Shown: positions 8,335 to 17,953 of the stretch, in pieces | How the letters are laid out: the number at the start of each line of letters is the position of its first letter | Numbering within the stretch: the first letter of the stretch is position 1 | Source of the DNA: Granulicella sp. | Lineage (GTDB): Bacteria > Acidobacteriota > Terriglobia > Terriglobales > Acidobacteriaceae | Assembly: GCA_027339965.1 (NCBI GenBank) | Contig: DAHWNL010000082.1 | Span: 15,639-79,638, forward strand | Length of the DNA: 64,000 nucleotides | Reading direction: 5' to 3' | Position numbers and translations under genes: made by a program | The notes under the pieces: generated by a model | What the model was told of the DNA's origin: nothing | Database searches by the model: none | Seen by the model: the letters and a program-made list of their open reading frames with translations, nothing else

Positions 8335-11010
8335 TCAGCGCAGCCTGCCCGAGCGATTGATCGCGCTGGTCTTCACCTTCACCGGCGTGCCATTGGGGTC
8401 AATCCCGATTTGCTCCACGGTGGTCTCGTGCGGCACCATTTGGGTCTGGGGGATGAAGTCCTCGGGCTTGGCGGCGACGCCCAGCGCGGTGAGCGCCTCG
8501 GCCTGCACGGCGGGCGGCAGCTTGTCCACGGCTACCGTCGCGCTGGCCTTCACCGGCAGAAGTTGAACGGGCGTCAGCTTCTCGGCCATCTCCTCATGCT
8601 GCCGCCAGTGCAGGAGAAGGTTCTGGTAGACGGCCTGCTGCTCGGGAGTTCCGTTCTTGAACTTGCGGCCCTCGGGGGAGTTCAGCTTGGCCAGGGTGAT
8701 GGCCGCCTCAACGGCGTGGTTCTCGCTGCCGTCCTGCGCTACCGGAACGCTGGAGACCAGCGGCTGCGTGCTCCTGAGTTGTTGCAGCCGGCTCTCCAGT
8801 TGCGGCAACTGCTGCTGTAACTGGACCAGCGTCTGTTGGCCCTGCGGCGTCTGCGCCTCGGGATGGGTGAGGCCGCGCGCGATCAGTTGCCGGAGCGGAA
8901 GGATCTGCTCTTCCAGCTCCGCAATCGCCGGGTTCTCAATGGGCCCGGTGGAGGTGAGCAGCTCGAACTCGCCCTGCTGCTTCTCCACCGCGCCCAGGCC
9001 GGGAAGATGCAGCCCGCTGAGGCTGGGCATCTGGGCGAAGTAAGGAAGGTTCTGCACGTCGTTGACGATGGAGCGGTAGAGTTCGACGCTACTGCTGGCC
9101 TGGATGAGCGCGGCGGTCTGGGCCTCCTGCTCGGCCAGCGTCTGGGGGATCTCCAGGCTCTCGGCGTAGCAGAGCGCGTCGCCGCGCAGGTTCTCCAGCT
9201 CCACCACCAGGCGCTGCTGGCCGGGCGTGCGGCTGCGGATCCGGGTCTTGCGGTTGAGCGCGGCGGCCTTGGCCGCCTGCGTGGCGGAGCGGGCCAGCCC
9301 CTGGCAGATCTGCGACCACGGAGCGGAGAAGACCTGCAGGCTCTGGTCGCGGTTCAGCGCCGCCTCGCCCACGGTACCGGTCTGGCCCTGGCCGAACATG
9401 GCGGGTGTGGCGCCATCCATGGCCTCCGGAGCGCCGTTCACCAGCCACTGCACAAACTCCATCAGGCCGGTGGTGGGGGTGGGCACATTCTCAATGCCGG
9501 TGATGTCCTGGATGCGCTGACCGGCCTCCAGCATCACCGGCGTCATGCGCGCCGGATCGTTGGTCTGCTGGTTGATGGCCTCCACGTCAATGGGGCCGCT
9601 GGCGGCAAAGCGGCGCGGCACGCAGCCCACAAAGTAGCGCACCAGCAGGCCGATGTTCTGGTTCAGAATCTTCTGCAGGGGCAGATAGTTGGCTCCGATG
9701 GAACGGCGGCTCTGCCCGTCGGAGACCCGTGGATGGCGGATTTCGATGTGATCGTCCAGACACTCGTTGCGCACCAGGGCAAGCTGAGAGCCGGCGTGGG
9801 TCACGCGCAGCCCATCGGGAAAGTTTTCAAAGAACGCCGCGCGGGTGTGCTTGTCCTGGATGGCGTGGTACTGGCTGGGTCGGAACCAGGTGTGGGTCTC
9901 GGTGGCGTCCTTCATGCAGCTCGCGCCCGTAGCGCTGGAGTTCTGCACGGCCAGGCGGACGTTGATGCGCGCCATGCGGTCGAAGGAATCGCTGCCGCCG
10001 CCGGAGGACTGCCCGGCCTCGATCTTGTCCGCGACCCAGGGGTAGCGCTCGCGCAGGATGTCCACATCCTGCTCGGTGGAGATGCGCACCCACCCCATCT
10101 CATAGATGTCGTCGGCGTAGATGGGAACCTTGCTCTCCAGCACGCCGTAGGCAGAGGTGATCTCGCAGATGGCCGGCGCGTCGGCGGTCTCTTCCGGCTC
10201 GCTTGCGCTTGCAGCGTCCTCGCCGCTGGCAGCTTCTTCGCTCTCCGCAGCGTCTGCGCCGCCGGTTTGCGAAGCGGGGGCTGCGCCGCCGGCCAGAGCA
10301 TTCTGCGCAGCGGCGCTAACGGAGGCTTCCAGCTCGGTCTCCGGCGTGACGCCCTCGGCCGGGCCCGCGCCAAAGACGCGCTCCTGCTCCGGCGTCTCCG
10401 TGCCCCAGCGCTGCTGGTCCGCCACCGAGCGGGTCCACAGGACCACGCGGCCGTCGGTGTAGAAGTAGCGGCAGACGCGGGCCAGCACGCTCTTGATGTC
10501 CGAGTCCAACTGCCACACCTTGACGTAGCGGTTGGCCTCCTCGGCGGCGGTCTGGTCCGGTGGGCTGTCCGGATCCTTGGGCATGAACTTCAGCCCCGGA
10601 ACCTCGCGCCCCAGCGCCGCGGTGATCTTGTCCTCGCGGGCTCCATAGACGTTCACCGGAAAGAGCTTCATGGCGTTGCCGGTGGCCATGATGGAGGCGG
10701 GAGTGGCCGCGCCGCCGCCGCCGTAGAGCCCCATGCCCCGGGCTCCGTTGGTGAGGAACTGGTAGCCGCGGGAGAACAGACGCGCCTCCCAGGCCTGCAG
10801 CACCTCAAAGATCCGGGCGCTGCTGTCCTGCATGGAGGCCATGCGGGTCAGGTCCTCGACGGCGCCTTTGTAGCCGCCGAGCTGGTCGGGGCCGAAGATG
10901 GGCTCCGGAGAGACATCCACGGCGGCGTAGCGGCCTGGCGCTGGGTTCTGATCCGCAGACAGCGGTTCAAGTCGCAGGCCCGCGGGCCGTTGTGTGCTGT
11001 GTTTGCTCAT
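8335..11010 (-). CDS. Portal protein (large, P22-like)
   Basis: ~890 aa downstream of terminase; PKDPDSPPDQTAAEEAN, GATPAMFG, Gln-rich C-terminal helix. Confidence 0.8.
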   Translation of the reverse strand: MSKHSTQRPAGLRLEPLSADQNPAPGRYAAVDVSPEPIFGPDQLGGYKGAVEDLTRMASMQDSSARIFEVLQAWEARLFSRGYQFLTNGARGMGLYGGGGAATPASIMATGNAMKLFPVNVYGAREDKITAALGREVPGLKFMPKDPDSPPDQTAAEEANRYVKVWQLDSDIKSVLARVCRYFYTDGRVVLWTRSVADQQRWGTETPEQERVFGAGPAEGVTPETELEASVSAAAQNALAGGAAPASQTGGADAAESEEAASGEDAASASEPEETADAPAICEITSAYGVLESKVPIYADDIYEMGWVRISTEQDVDILRERYPWVADKIEAGQSSGGGSDSFDRMARINVRLAVQNSSATGASCMKDATETHTWFRPSQYHAIQDKHTRAAFFENFPDGLRVTHAGSQLALVRNECLDDHIEIRHPRVSDGQSRRSIGANYLPLQKILNQNIGLLVRYFVGCVPRRFAASGPIDVEAINQQTNDPARMTPVMLEAGQRIQDITGIENVPTPTTGLMEFVQWLVNGAPEAMDGATPAMFGQGQTGTVGEAALNRDQSLQVFSAPWSQICQGLARSATQAAKAAALNRKTRIRSRTPGQQRLVVELENLRGDALCYAESLEIPQTLAEQEAQTAALIQASSSVELYRSIVNDVQNLPYFAQMPSLSGLHLPGLGAVEKQQGEFELLTSTGPIENPAIAELEEQILPLRQLIARGLTHPEAQTPQGQQTLVQLQQQLPQLESRLQQLRSTQPLVSSVPVAQDGSENHAVEAAITLAKLNSPEGRKFKNGTPEQQAVYQNLLLHWRQHEEMAEKLTPVQLLPVKASATVAVDKLPPAVQAEALTALGVAAKPEDFIPQTQMVPHETTVEQIGIDPNGTPVKVKTSAINRSGRLR

Positions 11011-11140
11011 ACGCTGTTCCACCGTCTCCCCGGCTCCGCCTTTGGTGTGGATCGCATCCCCAGACGCCGCAAGACGCTGCAAGACGCTGAACGACCGCAG
11101 CCTGCGGCCCTCGCCGCCATGGCCGGCGTAGCGCGGTCTG

Positions 11141-11341
11141 TTAGCCGACCTGCCGCATCTTGCGGAAACCCTCGGCGGCGAAGGCGCGCCGGCGCAGCAA
11201 CGGGTCTTTGGAGCGCTCGGCCGCCTTCAGCGTCTCGTCCGGAATCGGCTCTCCCAGCGGAATGCCAAGCTGCTCATGCAGCGCTCCCTTCTTGATCTCG
11301 AAGGATCCCTTCTTGCCCAAATTCACGCGTTCCAACTTCAT
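11141..11341 (-). CDS. Small basic phage protein (KKGALHEQLGIP type)
   Basis: 66 aa from ATG 11341 with GAGAGG RBS. Confidence 0.6.
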   Translation of the reverse strand: MKLERVNLGKKGSFEIKKGALHEQLGIPLGEPIPDETLKAAERSKDPLLRRRAFAAEGFRKMRQVG

Positions 11342-11701
11342 GCTTGGCCTCTCTTTTCTTTCCGTGCGCGCAGGCGCAGGGTTGGTTGCCGCCGACAATC
11401 TCGTCCACCGCAAGGGCAGCGCACCACGGCCGGAGGGTTCCGGCTGGGTGCAGATGCATCGGCTTCTTCTGATTTCGGTTGTTGTTTTGATGAAACCGCC
11501 GGGCTCGGCAGGGCGCTGACTGCGCTGGATGTCTCTACTGCGTCGCGCGGTTCTCAAGGAGCCGCGAAGGATTGCATTCGAGACGAAAGGATTCTTTCTG
11601 AGCAACAGCTATCGCAAAGAGGCAATGGAGTAGCCCGCACCCCGGAAGGTTTCGGGGAGCCTCCTCGGCCGCCAGCCAGACCCCTGCGGGCTGCTTCCGC
11701 G

Positions 11702-12061
11702 CTAAAGCAGTGGCAGGAGATGCGTCTTCAGTTTCGTCAGATAGCCTTCGGCTTCCCTGACGTTCAGAGCCGTGAATTGAGGAGGCTCGTAGCGAGCGTT
11801 GTATCCGAAGTACTTCAGGTGAGCGTACTCGCTCTTCACCTTGCGGAGCTCGCTATCAGTGGCAACGCATCTGTCGCGCGTCGTATGCGAGCGGAGATGT
11901 TCATTTCGGTCCTTGGCGAGATAGGCCTCTACATAGTGCATCGCTGTATAGAAGGAGATCGTCAGCTTCCAATCGATTCTGGATTGGGAAGCAGTGTCCA
12001 GGAGGTCGTAAACCTCTTAATTTCCCTCCGCTTTGGCTACATGCTCGTCTCTGGTAGGCAC
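11702..12061 (-). pseudogene. HEPN-domain protein interrupted by in-frame TAA at codon 15
   Basis: GTG 12061: VPTRDEHVAKAEGN*EVYDLLD...DWKLTISFYTAMHYVEAYL...HLRSH..R...NARYE in one frame. Confidence 0.7.
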
Positions 12062-12066
12062 CGGAA

Positions 12067-12495
12067 CTATCCCTTGCGCGCAAAGACCACCTTCGCCGAA
12101 GACGAAATCTCGCCGGGCCTGCCCTGGGAGGACACCAGGTTGAAATCGAAGCTGGTGTCGGGGAAGGCATCGATGATTGCGAACTGCTTCTCGAAGATCC
12201 TTTCCCGAACCTCGGCTGAGGGTTGAGAGGCTACAACCCACACTAGCAGGTTACCTTCCGCGTGCTCCGTCAGTACATGCTGAACCGCATCGACCGCAGC
12301 AAAATCCAGGCCAATCGCGGTCTCAACGTCAGTGGCGACCGCGGACTGGATCCTCTCGCCGCTGCCTTCGCCGCTCTGCAGTCGAAGTTGTCTTTGGTAA
12401 ATCTCGTAGGAGTCGACGCGAAAAGAGTGCCTCCCCTCGCCGTAGCGGGAGGGTGATGAGAGAACTGTGCCCATGACGCCCATCGCGAAAAACAT
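12067..12495 (-). CDS. Degenerate minimal nucleotidyltransferase (MNT)-like protein
   Basis: VQHVLTE/LLVWVV/helix/FDFNLV/KVVFARK secondary-structure pattern like MNT but no GS or DxD motif; directly upstream of HEPN gene. Confidence 0.5.
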   Translation of the reverse strand: MFFAMGVMGTVLSSPSRYGEGRHSFRVDSYEIYQRQLRLQSGEGSGERIQSAVATDVETAIGLDFAAVDAVQHVLTEHAEGNLLVWVVASQPSAEVRERIFEKQFAIIDAFPDTSFDFNLVSSQGRPGEISSSAKVVFARKG

Positions 12496-12502
12496 GACGA
12501 AC

Positions 12503-12784
12503 CTACTGTGCGGCTTTGCCCGGGGTGGCCGGAGTGATCCGCTTTCTTAAATCAGGATGAGGAGACACCCCGACGATGTTCTGAAATTGAAACTGATAAA
12601 GTGGATCGCCGCTGTCCGGGTTGGTTGCATCCAGCCTTATCGCCTCAACCAACACGAGCTTCGCCTTGACCTTCGAGCCGTCTGCGAGTGTGTATTCAGC
12701 CCAAGGTTCGGATGTGCTCTCTACCGTGACAGGCTCGCCGGTGACTGGGCTGTTGTTGAGGATGTATGTCTGCTTTTGCGACAT
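12503..12784 (-). CDS. Small beta-rich hypothetical protein
   Basis: 93 aa; EPWAEYTLADGSKVKAKLVL...GDPLYQFQFQNIVGV. Confidence 0.7.
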   Translation of the reverse strand: MSQKQTYILNNSPVTGEPVTVESTSEPWAEYTLADGSKVKAKLVLVEAIRLDATNPDSGDPLYQFQFQNIVGVSPHPDLRKRITPATPGKAAQ

Positions 12785-13045
12785 AGCTTCTTCTTCCCCT
12801 TGCGGTTCAGAAAGGGTAGCACACCCTGTCCATAGCCGAGCTCTCTCAAGACAGTTCAAAAAGCGCAAAGCTGCGGCGGATGGCAACCGCATGGCTCTTG
12901 ACGCGGCACCGTATGGGGAGGTCGTTCCACGAGCACCGTCCTTCGTCATTCCAGATGGACTGAAGATGCTGACATCATTTTACTCTGCTGCGGGTTGGTC
13001 GGTGCCGTTTCGGCTTTTTCCGCAGCGTGAACACCGCCTGCGTGT

Positions 13046-13468
13046 TCATCGCGCCGGCCATCCGTCGCCGTCATTCTCATCGCCATCCTCACCCAGGCCG
13101 TCACTGTCTGTGTCATCCTGGCCGTTGTCCGCCTCGCCCTTCACGCCGGACACCTGGGCTGCAAACCGGTGCGCCGCCTCGCGCGTCGGATGCTCCGTGT
13201 TATGCGCGTGGCCGTCATAGTGCTCCGCGTGGACGGTGTGCTTGCTGGCCGAGTGCAGGATGTTCACCTCGATCGCCGGGCCGTGACGGCGCGCGATCGC
13301 CGGACCATCGAACTCGGGCTGGGCTTGGCTGGCGGGCTCTTGCGCCAGCTCGGCAGGGCGCGCGGCAGGGCGCACAGCGGAGCGCGCGGCAAAGCGAGCA
13401 TCGGCGCGCCGCGCCGTCTCCCGGTTGGTGTGACGCGATCCGTCTTTGGCGACAAAAGGGCTTGCCAT
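13046..13468 (-). CDS. Phage hypothetical protein (His-rich, acidic tail)
   Basis: 140 aa, AAGGAG RBS. Confidence 0.65.
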   Translation of the reverse strand: MASPFVAKDGSRHTNRETARRADARFAARSAVRPAARPAELAQEPASQAQPEFDGPAIARRHGPAIEVNILHSASKHTVHAEHYDGHAHNTEHPTREAAHRFAAQVSGVKGEADNGQDDTDSDGLGEDGDENDGDGWPAR

Positions 13469-13489
13469 CGGTATCTCTCCTTCAAAGGG

Positions 13490-13909
13490 TCACTTCGATT
13501 CCACAAACTCTTCCAGATTCCTGGCTTGCACCTGATCCCAGTCCGGCACGGCGACCGCCACGCGTCTGCGCCGCTCGGCCACCGGCTCCAGCAGTAGGCT
13601 GAGGCGCTCCTGCGCCGCATCCAGCTTCCCCAGCTCCGCGATCGCCCGGTCGCGAAGGCCGCGCAGCTCGCTGAGCGTCTCCGCCTGCACATCCTTGCCG
13701 AGCTTCGCCTGGTAGCCGATCTCCTGCGCTCGCTCCAGCAGAATCTCCACCTGCACGCGCAGCCGGGAGACGCCCTCCACCAGCGCAGCCTGGCGCGGCA
13801 GCATCTGCGCGATCCCCTGCGCCATCCGCTCCATCTGCGCGGAGCTACCGCGGATCGCCCGGATCTCCTCGCCCCAAAGCCAATCCCTCACGCGCTCACG
13901 CATCGTCAT
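13490..13909 (-). CDS. Phage coiled-coil protein
   Basis: MTMRERVRDWLWG..., abuts terminase stop. Confidence 0.6.
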   Translation of the reverse strand: MTMRERVRDWLWGEEIRAIRGSSAQMERMAQGIAQMLPRQAALVEGVSRLRVQVEILLERAQEIGYQAKLGKDVQAETLSELRGLRDRAIAELGKLDAAQERLSLLLEPVAERRRRVAVAVPDWDQVQARNLEEFVESK

Positions 13910-13910
13910 C

Positions 13911-15461
13911 TCAAAGCTCCCAGTACGGTCGAACCGTGTTCTTCCGGCTGCGCCGCTCGGTCTCGGCCAGGCGGATAAAGTGTCTTTCGCGCTCGGTGGG
14001 CGCGGCCTCAATCTGCAGGCGCACCTGATCCTCATGGCGCATCTTCGCCGGCGAGCCCAGGATGTGATAGATCCCGTAGCCGGCGCCCTGCAGCGGATCG
14101 TCGCCCAGAAAGCCGGCGATCTTCTCCTGGTGCACATCGTCGCGCGGGGCCATCTTGATGCACTCGATCAGCCGCGGGCACTCGCTGGAGATGATCCAGT
14201 TGGCCCGCTGGATCGGCGCGCCCTCGGCGGTCTTGCCCACCGTCACGCGGCGGCGCAGCATGTTGTACATGGTCTGCTCGCGCCCCAGCTTATCGCTGCC
14301 CGCATTCATGGGCATGGGTAAAGGATACTGGCGCAGGATGCGGCCCATGCGCATGGCCACGCTGTTGGGGTTGGCCCCATAGCTCTTGGTGGTCTGGTCG
14401 GCAAAGGCGTCGTGGGAAAAGGGAAAGCTGACGAAGCTGGGCATCCGGCCGTCCTCGTCCAGGCTCTCGCGGATGATCATCTCGGCCAGCATCTCCGGGT
14501 CGTGATGCTTTACCAGCCGCTCCTTGCAGGTGCGCACCACGCCAAAGTCATCCATGGAGTGCCAGTAGATGGCCGCCCAGTGCTCAAAGCCCCAGTCGCC
14601 GGAGATCCAGCGCCGATGCCAGGGCTGAGCCACGCACTCGCTGGGATCGCAGACGTTCTCGGCCTCGTCAAAGGCGCCGTAGAAGTAGCCGCCCACCACG
14701 TCCCACACGCCGAACTGCATGGCCTCGCGAATGGCCTTGGGGTAGCTCTCCAGGTTGCGCAGAAAGCTGGGATCGCTGGCGTAGATCGGGTTGTCCAGGT
14801 AGGTGCAAGGGAAGTAGGCGTAGTCGGCGGGGTTGTAGGCGCGCCGCTGATCCTCATCCATCTCATCGCAGGGTTTGTGCTCTACAAACACCTTGCGCAC
14901 CCAGGGAGCGCCCACGCCGATAGGGTTGCCCGCGCCATCCTTGGTGCAGTACGGATCCACCGGGCAGCGGTTCCAGGCCGCGGTGGCGTTCCACTGCTCA
15001 AAGGTGAACTCGCACAGCTCGTCGTAGAAGATCTTGCGCCACTGCCCCTGATAGCTCCAGGCATCGTGCTCATGCTGCATGGAACCGAAGACGGTGGTGG
15101 CTCCGTTGAGCCAGGTCACGGTGCGCCGTCCGGAGCCGGACAGGCTCTTGTACAGCTCGCGTGGCACCAGCTCCTGAAAGCGGGTGAGCAGGGTGCTCTC
15201 CAGCATCGGCTGCGTGCGGCGCAGCATCAGCGTGTGGACGTGCGGGGCCACGTCCGGCGAGAACTCATTGCAGCTCACCATGTGTTCCACGATGCCGCAG
15301 GCGGTCTTGCCCGGCCCCGCCGCTCCGCCCAGAAAGTTGAACGGGGCCACCGAGCCGTGGAAGAGCCGCTGCTTGGGATAGGGACTGTAACGCTGCTTGA
15401 AGTTGATCCTGAGCAACTTCTGATGAAAGTCCTCGGCAAATCGTTCTACGCCGGTCTGCAT
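13911..15461 (-). CDS. Terminase large subunit
   Basis: Walker A GGAAGPGKT, Walker B IFYDELCEF, GNPIGVG, nuclease SGDWG, DDPLQGAGYG. Confidence 0.93.
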   Translation of the reverse strand: MQTGVERFAEDFHQKLLRINFKQRYSPYPKQRLFHGSVAPFNFLGGAAGPGKTACGIVEHMVSCNEFSPDVAPHVHTLMLRRTQPMLESTLLTRFQELVPRELYKSLSGSGRRTVTWLNGATTVFGSMQHEHDAWSYQGQWRKIFYDELCEFTFEQWNATAAWNRCPVDPYCTKDGAGNPIGVGAPWVRKVFVEHKPCDEMDEDQRRAYNPADYAYFPCTYLDNPIYASDPSFLRNLESYPKAIREAMQFGVWDVVGGYFYGAFDEAENVCDPSECVAQPWHRRWISGDWGFEHWAAIYWHSMDDFGVVRTCKERLVKHHDPEMLAEMIIRESLDEDGRMPSFVSFPFSHDAFADQTTKSYGANPNSVAMRMGRILRQYPLPMPMNAGSDKLGREQTMYNMLRRRVTVGKTAEGAPIQRANWIISSECPRLIECIKMAPRDDVHQEKIAGFLGDDPLQGAGYGIYHILGSPAKMRHEDQVRLQIEAAPTERERHFIRLAETERRSRKNTVRPYWEL

Positions 15462-15524
15462 TCGCTCTCCTGCGTCTGTGTTCTCGCGCCGTCCGCGCCG
15501 GCTTCGGGCTGGCACCGGGATCGG

Positions 15525-16244
15525 TCAGCCCTGTTGGGGGTCCGACCGGCGTTGCGGGCGCGGTACATCGTGGATGAGCTGTACGCCCAGCGTTCCAGAG
15601 TGCTCCACACGTTCCGTGAACAGGCGAAGATACCGGCCCAGCATCTCCAGGCTTTTGAGTTTGTCGGCCAGCTTGATCTTCTTCATCTCGCCGCCGTCCT
15701 GCATCTGGCGAAGATCCAGTCCGGCGATCGCCGCGGCTTCATCCTCGCCCATCTGGCCGGGCGGGAGCAGGTTGCCGTTGGCGTCGAAGATCCGGCGAGG
15801 ATCGAAGAAGGCCAGCTTGGCCATCTCGTCCAGGACGCGCTCGGCGGTGATCTCGCGCCTGGCCATCTCCTTCTGCGCCTGCTCGGCAACGATGCGGGCC
15901 AGCTTCGGGTTGCGGGCGAGGCGTGAGGATTGATGGGCCGCGGTGGACTCGCTGTAGCCGGCAGCGCGCGCTGCGCGCGAGGCGTTGAATCCGTTGCCGA
16001 GATACTCGGCGACAAACAGGCGCTGGCGGAGCGACAGGGAGTCCAGCTCGGCGCGCAGGTCGTCGGGAAGCTCGACGGCCTGGCTTTGATCTTTACCTGC
16101 GGCGAGGCTCTGGTCTGGGCTCGCCGCCGTGCTCTGTTCTCTTCCAGCGGCGAGGCTCTGCTGTTTGCCTGCGGCGCGGCCCCGGCGGCGCGCAGCCTTC
16201 ATCGCGGCGTCTTTGGCTGCGTCTTTCCGCGCTTTGGAGTTCAT
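15525..16244 (-). CDS. Terminase small subunit
   Basis: RQRLFVAEYL-GFNASRAARAAGYS...ERVLDEMAKLAF...DKLKSLEMLGRYL. Confidence 0.92.
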   Translation of the reverse strand: MNSKARKDAAKDAAMKAARRRGRAAGKQQSLAAGREQSTAASPDQSLAAGKDQSQAVELPDDLRAELDSLSLRQRLFVAEYLGNGFNASRAARAAGYSESTAAHQSSRLARNPKLARIVAEQAQKEMARREITAERVLDEMAKLAFFDPRRIFDANGNLLPPGQMGEDEAAAIAGLDLRQMQDGGEMKKIKLADKLKSLEMLGRYLRLFTERVEHSGTLGVQLIHDVPRPQRRSDPQQG

Positions 16245-16245
16245 C

Positions 16246-16806
16246 TCAACCTTTCCCGACCCCCGCCAGATCCACGCGCAGGCTGGGGGCTTTGGTGGTG
16301 ACGCGGAAGCAGGCGCGCACCAGCTCGCTCACCCGGTTGCGGATTCTTGCAGGGAGCTCCAGCGCGCGCAGCACATCGTCCGGGCCCTTCACAATGTGGT
16401 AGCTCACCTGGCGGGTGAAGAAGCGCTCCGCCGCGCCCTCCGGCAGGTTCTTCTCCAGGTAACCGCGGAAGGCCTCACAGGCGGCGTCATCCATCTGCAC
16501 CAGGGTTCCGGTGGTGGCCACGGCGCAGTGATGCAGGCCCTGCAGACGGCGGCTCTTGCTGGTGGAATGGACGCCGTAGGCTTCAATCCACTCCAGCAGC
16601 TTCGCCTTGCGCTCGTCACAGGTCTCCTGGAGCGAGCGCTGCACGTCTCTTTGCTGGAGCAGCGAGCTTTGCAGAGCGGCGTACTCTTCAATCAGCGCGT
16701 CGATCTGGCGCGGCGCGGGCGGCTGGCTGGGCGGCTGGCTGGGCGCAGGCCGACCGGGGGACAAAGCGGGAGTATCTGGGGACAAAACAGGTGTGCCTGG
16801 GGTCAT
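16246..16806 (-). CDS. Phage hypothetical protein (N-terminal coiled coil)
   Basis: ATG 16806 with GGAGAG RBS; ends next to terS start. Confidence 0.6.
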   Translation of the reverse strand: MTPGTPVLSPDTPALSPGRPAPSQPPSQPPAPRQIDALIEEYAALQSSLLQQRDVQRSLQETCDERKAKLLEWIEAYGVHSTSKSRRLQGLHHCAVATTGTLVQMDDAACEAFRGYLEKNLPEGAAERFFTRQVSYHIVKGPDDVLRALELPARIRNRVSELVRACFRVTTKAPSLRVDLAGVGKG

Positions 16807-16826
16807 CGTCTCTCTCCGGTGAAGCA

Positions 16827-17198
16827 TCAGGCGGAGCGGCGCAGCAGGTAGGCCGCAGCAGCGGCGAGCGCGGCGTGGGGGACGGCAGCCTGGGAGCCGC
16901 ATGCGGCTGCGGCCGGCTGGGCAGAGGGCTGGCGGCGCGGGCGGCCAACCAGCGTCAGCTTCTTCTGCCGCTGCGCCTCCTTCTCCATCTCCTCGCGCAT
17001 GGCGGCGCGATACTGGCGCTCGGCGCGGGCTCGCTCCGGATCTTCCTTCCACTGCTCGCAGGGCGCATGCTCGGCTTCAGCCTCTTCGCGCTGGGAGAGC
17101 ATGGCCTCCGGGTCGCGCAGCATGCGCCGCGGAATCTCGACGCACTCTCCGCAAAGGGTGCACTCCAGACACTGGTCCCGGTCATTCATTCGGATCAT
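16827..17198 (-). CDS. Phage hypothetical protein with CxxC motifs
   Basis: CLECTLCGEC...HAPC; ATGA overlap with upstream gene. Confidence 0.55.
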   Translation of the reverse strand: MIRMNDRDQCLECTLCGECVEIPRRMLRDPEAMLSQREEAEAEHAPCEQWKEDPERARAERQYRAAMREEMEKEAQRQKKLTLVGRPRRQPSAQPAAAACGSQAAVPHAALAAAAAYLLRRSA

Positions 17199-17953
17199 GC
17201 GGCGACGCTCCTGGCGCTTCCCGCCTGCGCCTGTCCTGCTTGCGGGTGGTTGCTGCGCGAGTGCTGGACTCGCCGTGGATCGGCCGGCTGGAGTGGGAGC
17301 GAGCCGGAGAGGGAGGGGGATTGCGCGTCCTGGGTCGAGGGCAGGATGCAGAAGCTGCTGGAGCGCCAGGCAGCGCGCTCGCGTTCCAGCACCGCCGCCC
17401 CCACAAACGTCAGCCGCCACAGACGCCAGATCTTGCTGCGCATGTCGCGTACATGGCCGCCGACCATCTCAAAGCTCATACCCAGAGAGCCCGCGCCCCG
17501 CTCCGCATCCTCGCGGGCCGCGCGAGCGACGATCTCCGGGAAGTCCCGGGCGTAGACCAGGCCGCGCACGCGAAGCTGCTTGCCGTGGATGGCGGCCGCG
17601 GTGATGATCCCGGCCTTCTGCCGGGGATTGTGGCCGCTCCAGTCATCTCGGAAGTTCACCGCCATGCCGATCAGGCTGGGCAGCGCCGCGGCAACGGCCT
17701 CGCGCGACAGAATGATGCGATGGCCGCGAGCGCCATCCGGAGCCTTGTCGCTGGGCGTCTCGATCAGGGTGAGCACGCCTTCAAAGGCCGCCCGGTTCGG
17801 ATGCAGCGCCACCTCCGGCAGCGCCGCCAGCGCCGCCTCCGGCACGGCCGGCGAGGGGTCGCCCGCGGAGCGGCCGGCGGCAGCGCATGGGGATGCGGCG
17901 GCAGCGCCTGCGGGTGAGCCGAGGGGAGCGTTCACGAGCGCTCCAACTCGCAC
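17195..17953 (-). CDS. Prohead (HK97/assemblin-type) protease-like protein
   Basis: GMAVNF..WSGHN...AGII...LRVRGLVY...GMSFE...LTFVGAAVL; candidate catalytic His and Ser; start uncertain. Confidence 0.6.
   Translation of the reverse strand: MRVGALVNAPLGSPAGAAAASPCAAAGRSAGDPSPAVPEAALAALPEVALHPNRAAFEGVLTLIETPSDKAPDGARGHRIILSREAVAAALPSLIGMAVNFRDDWSGHNPRQKAGIITAAAIHGKQLRVRGLVYARDFPEIVARAAREDAERGAGSLGMSFEMVGGHVRDMRSKIWRLWRLTFVGAAVLERERAAWRSSSFCILPSTQDAQSPSLSGSLPLQPADPRRVQHSRSNHPQAGQAQAGSARSVAA

Noticed and set aside
8836..11295. 819-aa plus-strand ORF
   Set aside because: Antisense shadow of the portal gene, typical of high-GC DNA; no motifs
12017..12019. Stop-codon reassignment in the prophage
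   Set aside because: Single case; TAA terminates other phage genes (e.g. 872, 2161, 21622), so a nonsense mutation or sequencing error is more likely
16246..16806. Mu Gam-like nuclease inhibitor
   Set aside because: Only a general coiled-coil resemblance, no diagnostic motif; left as hypothetical
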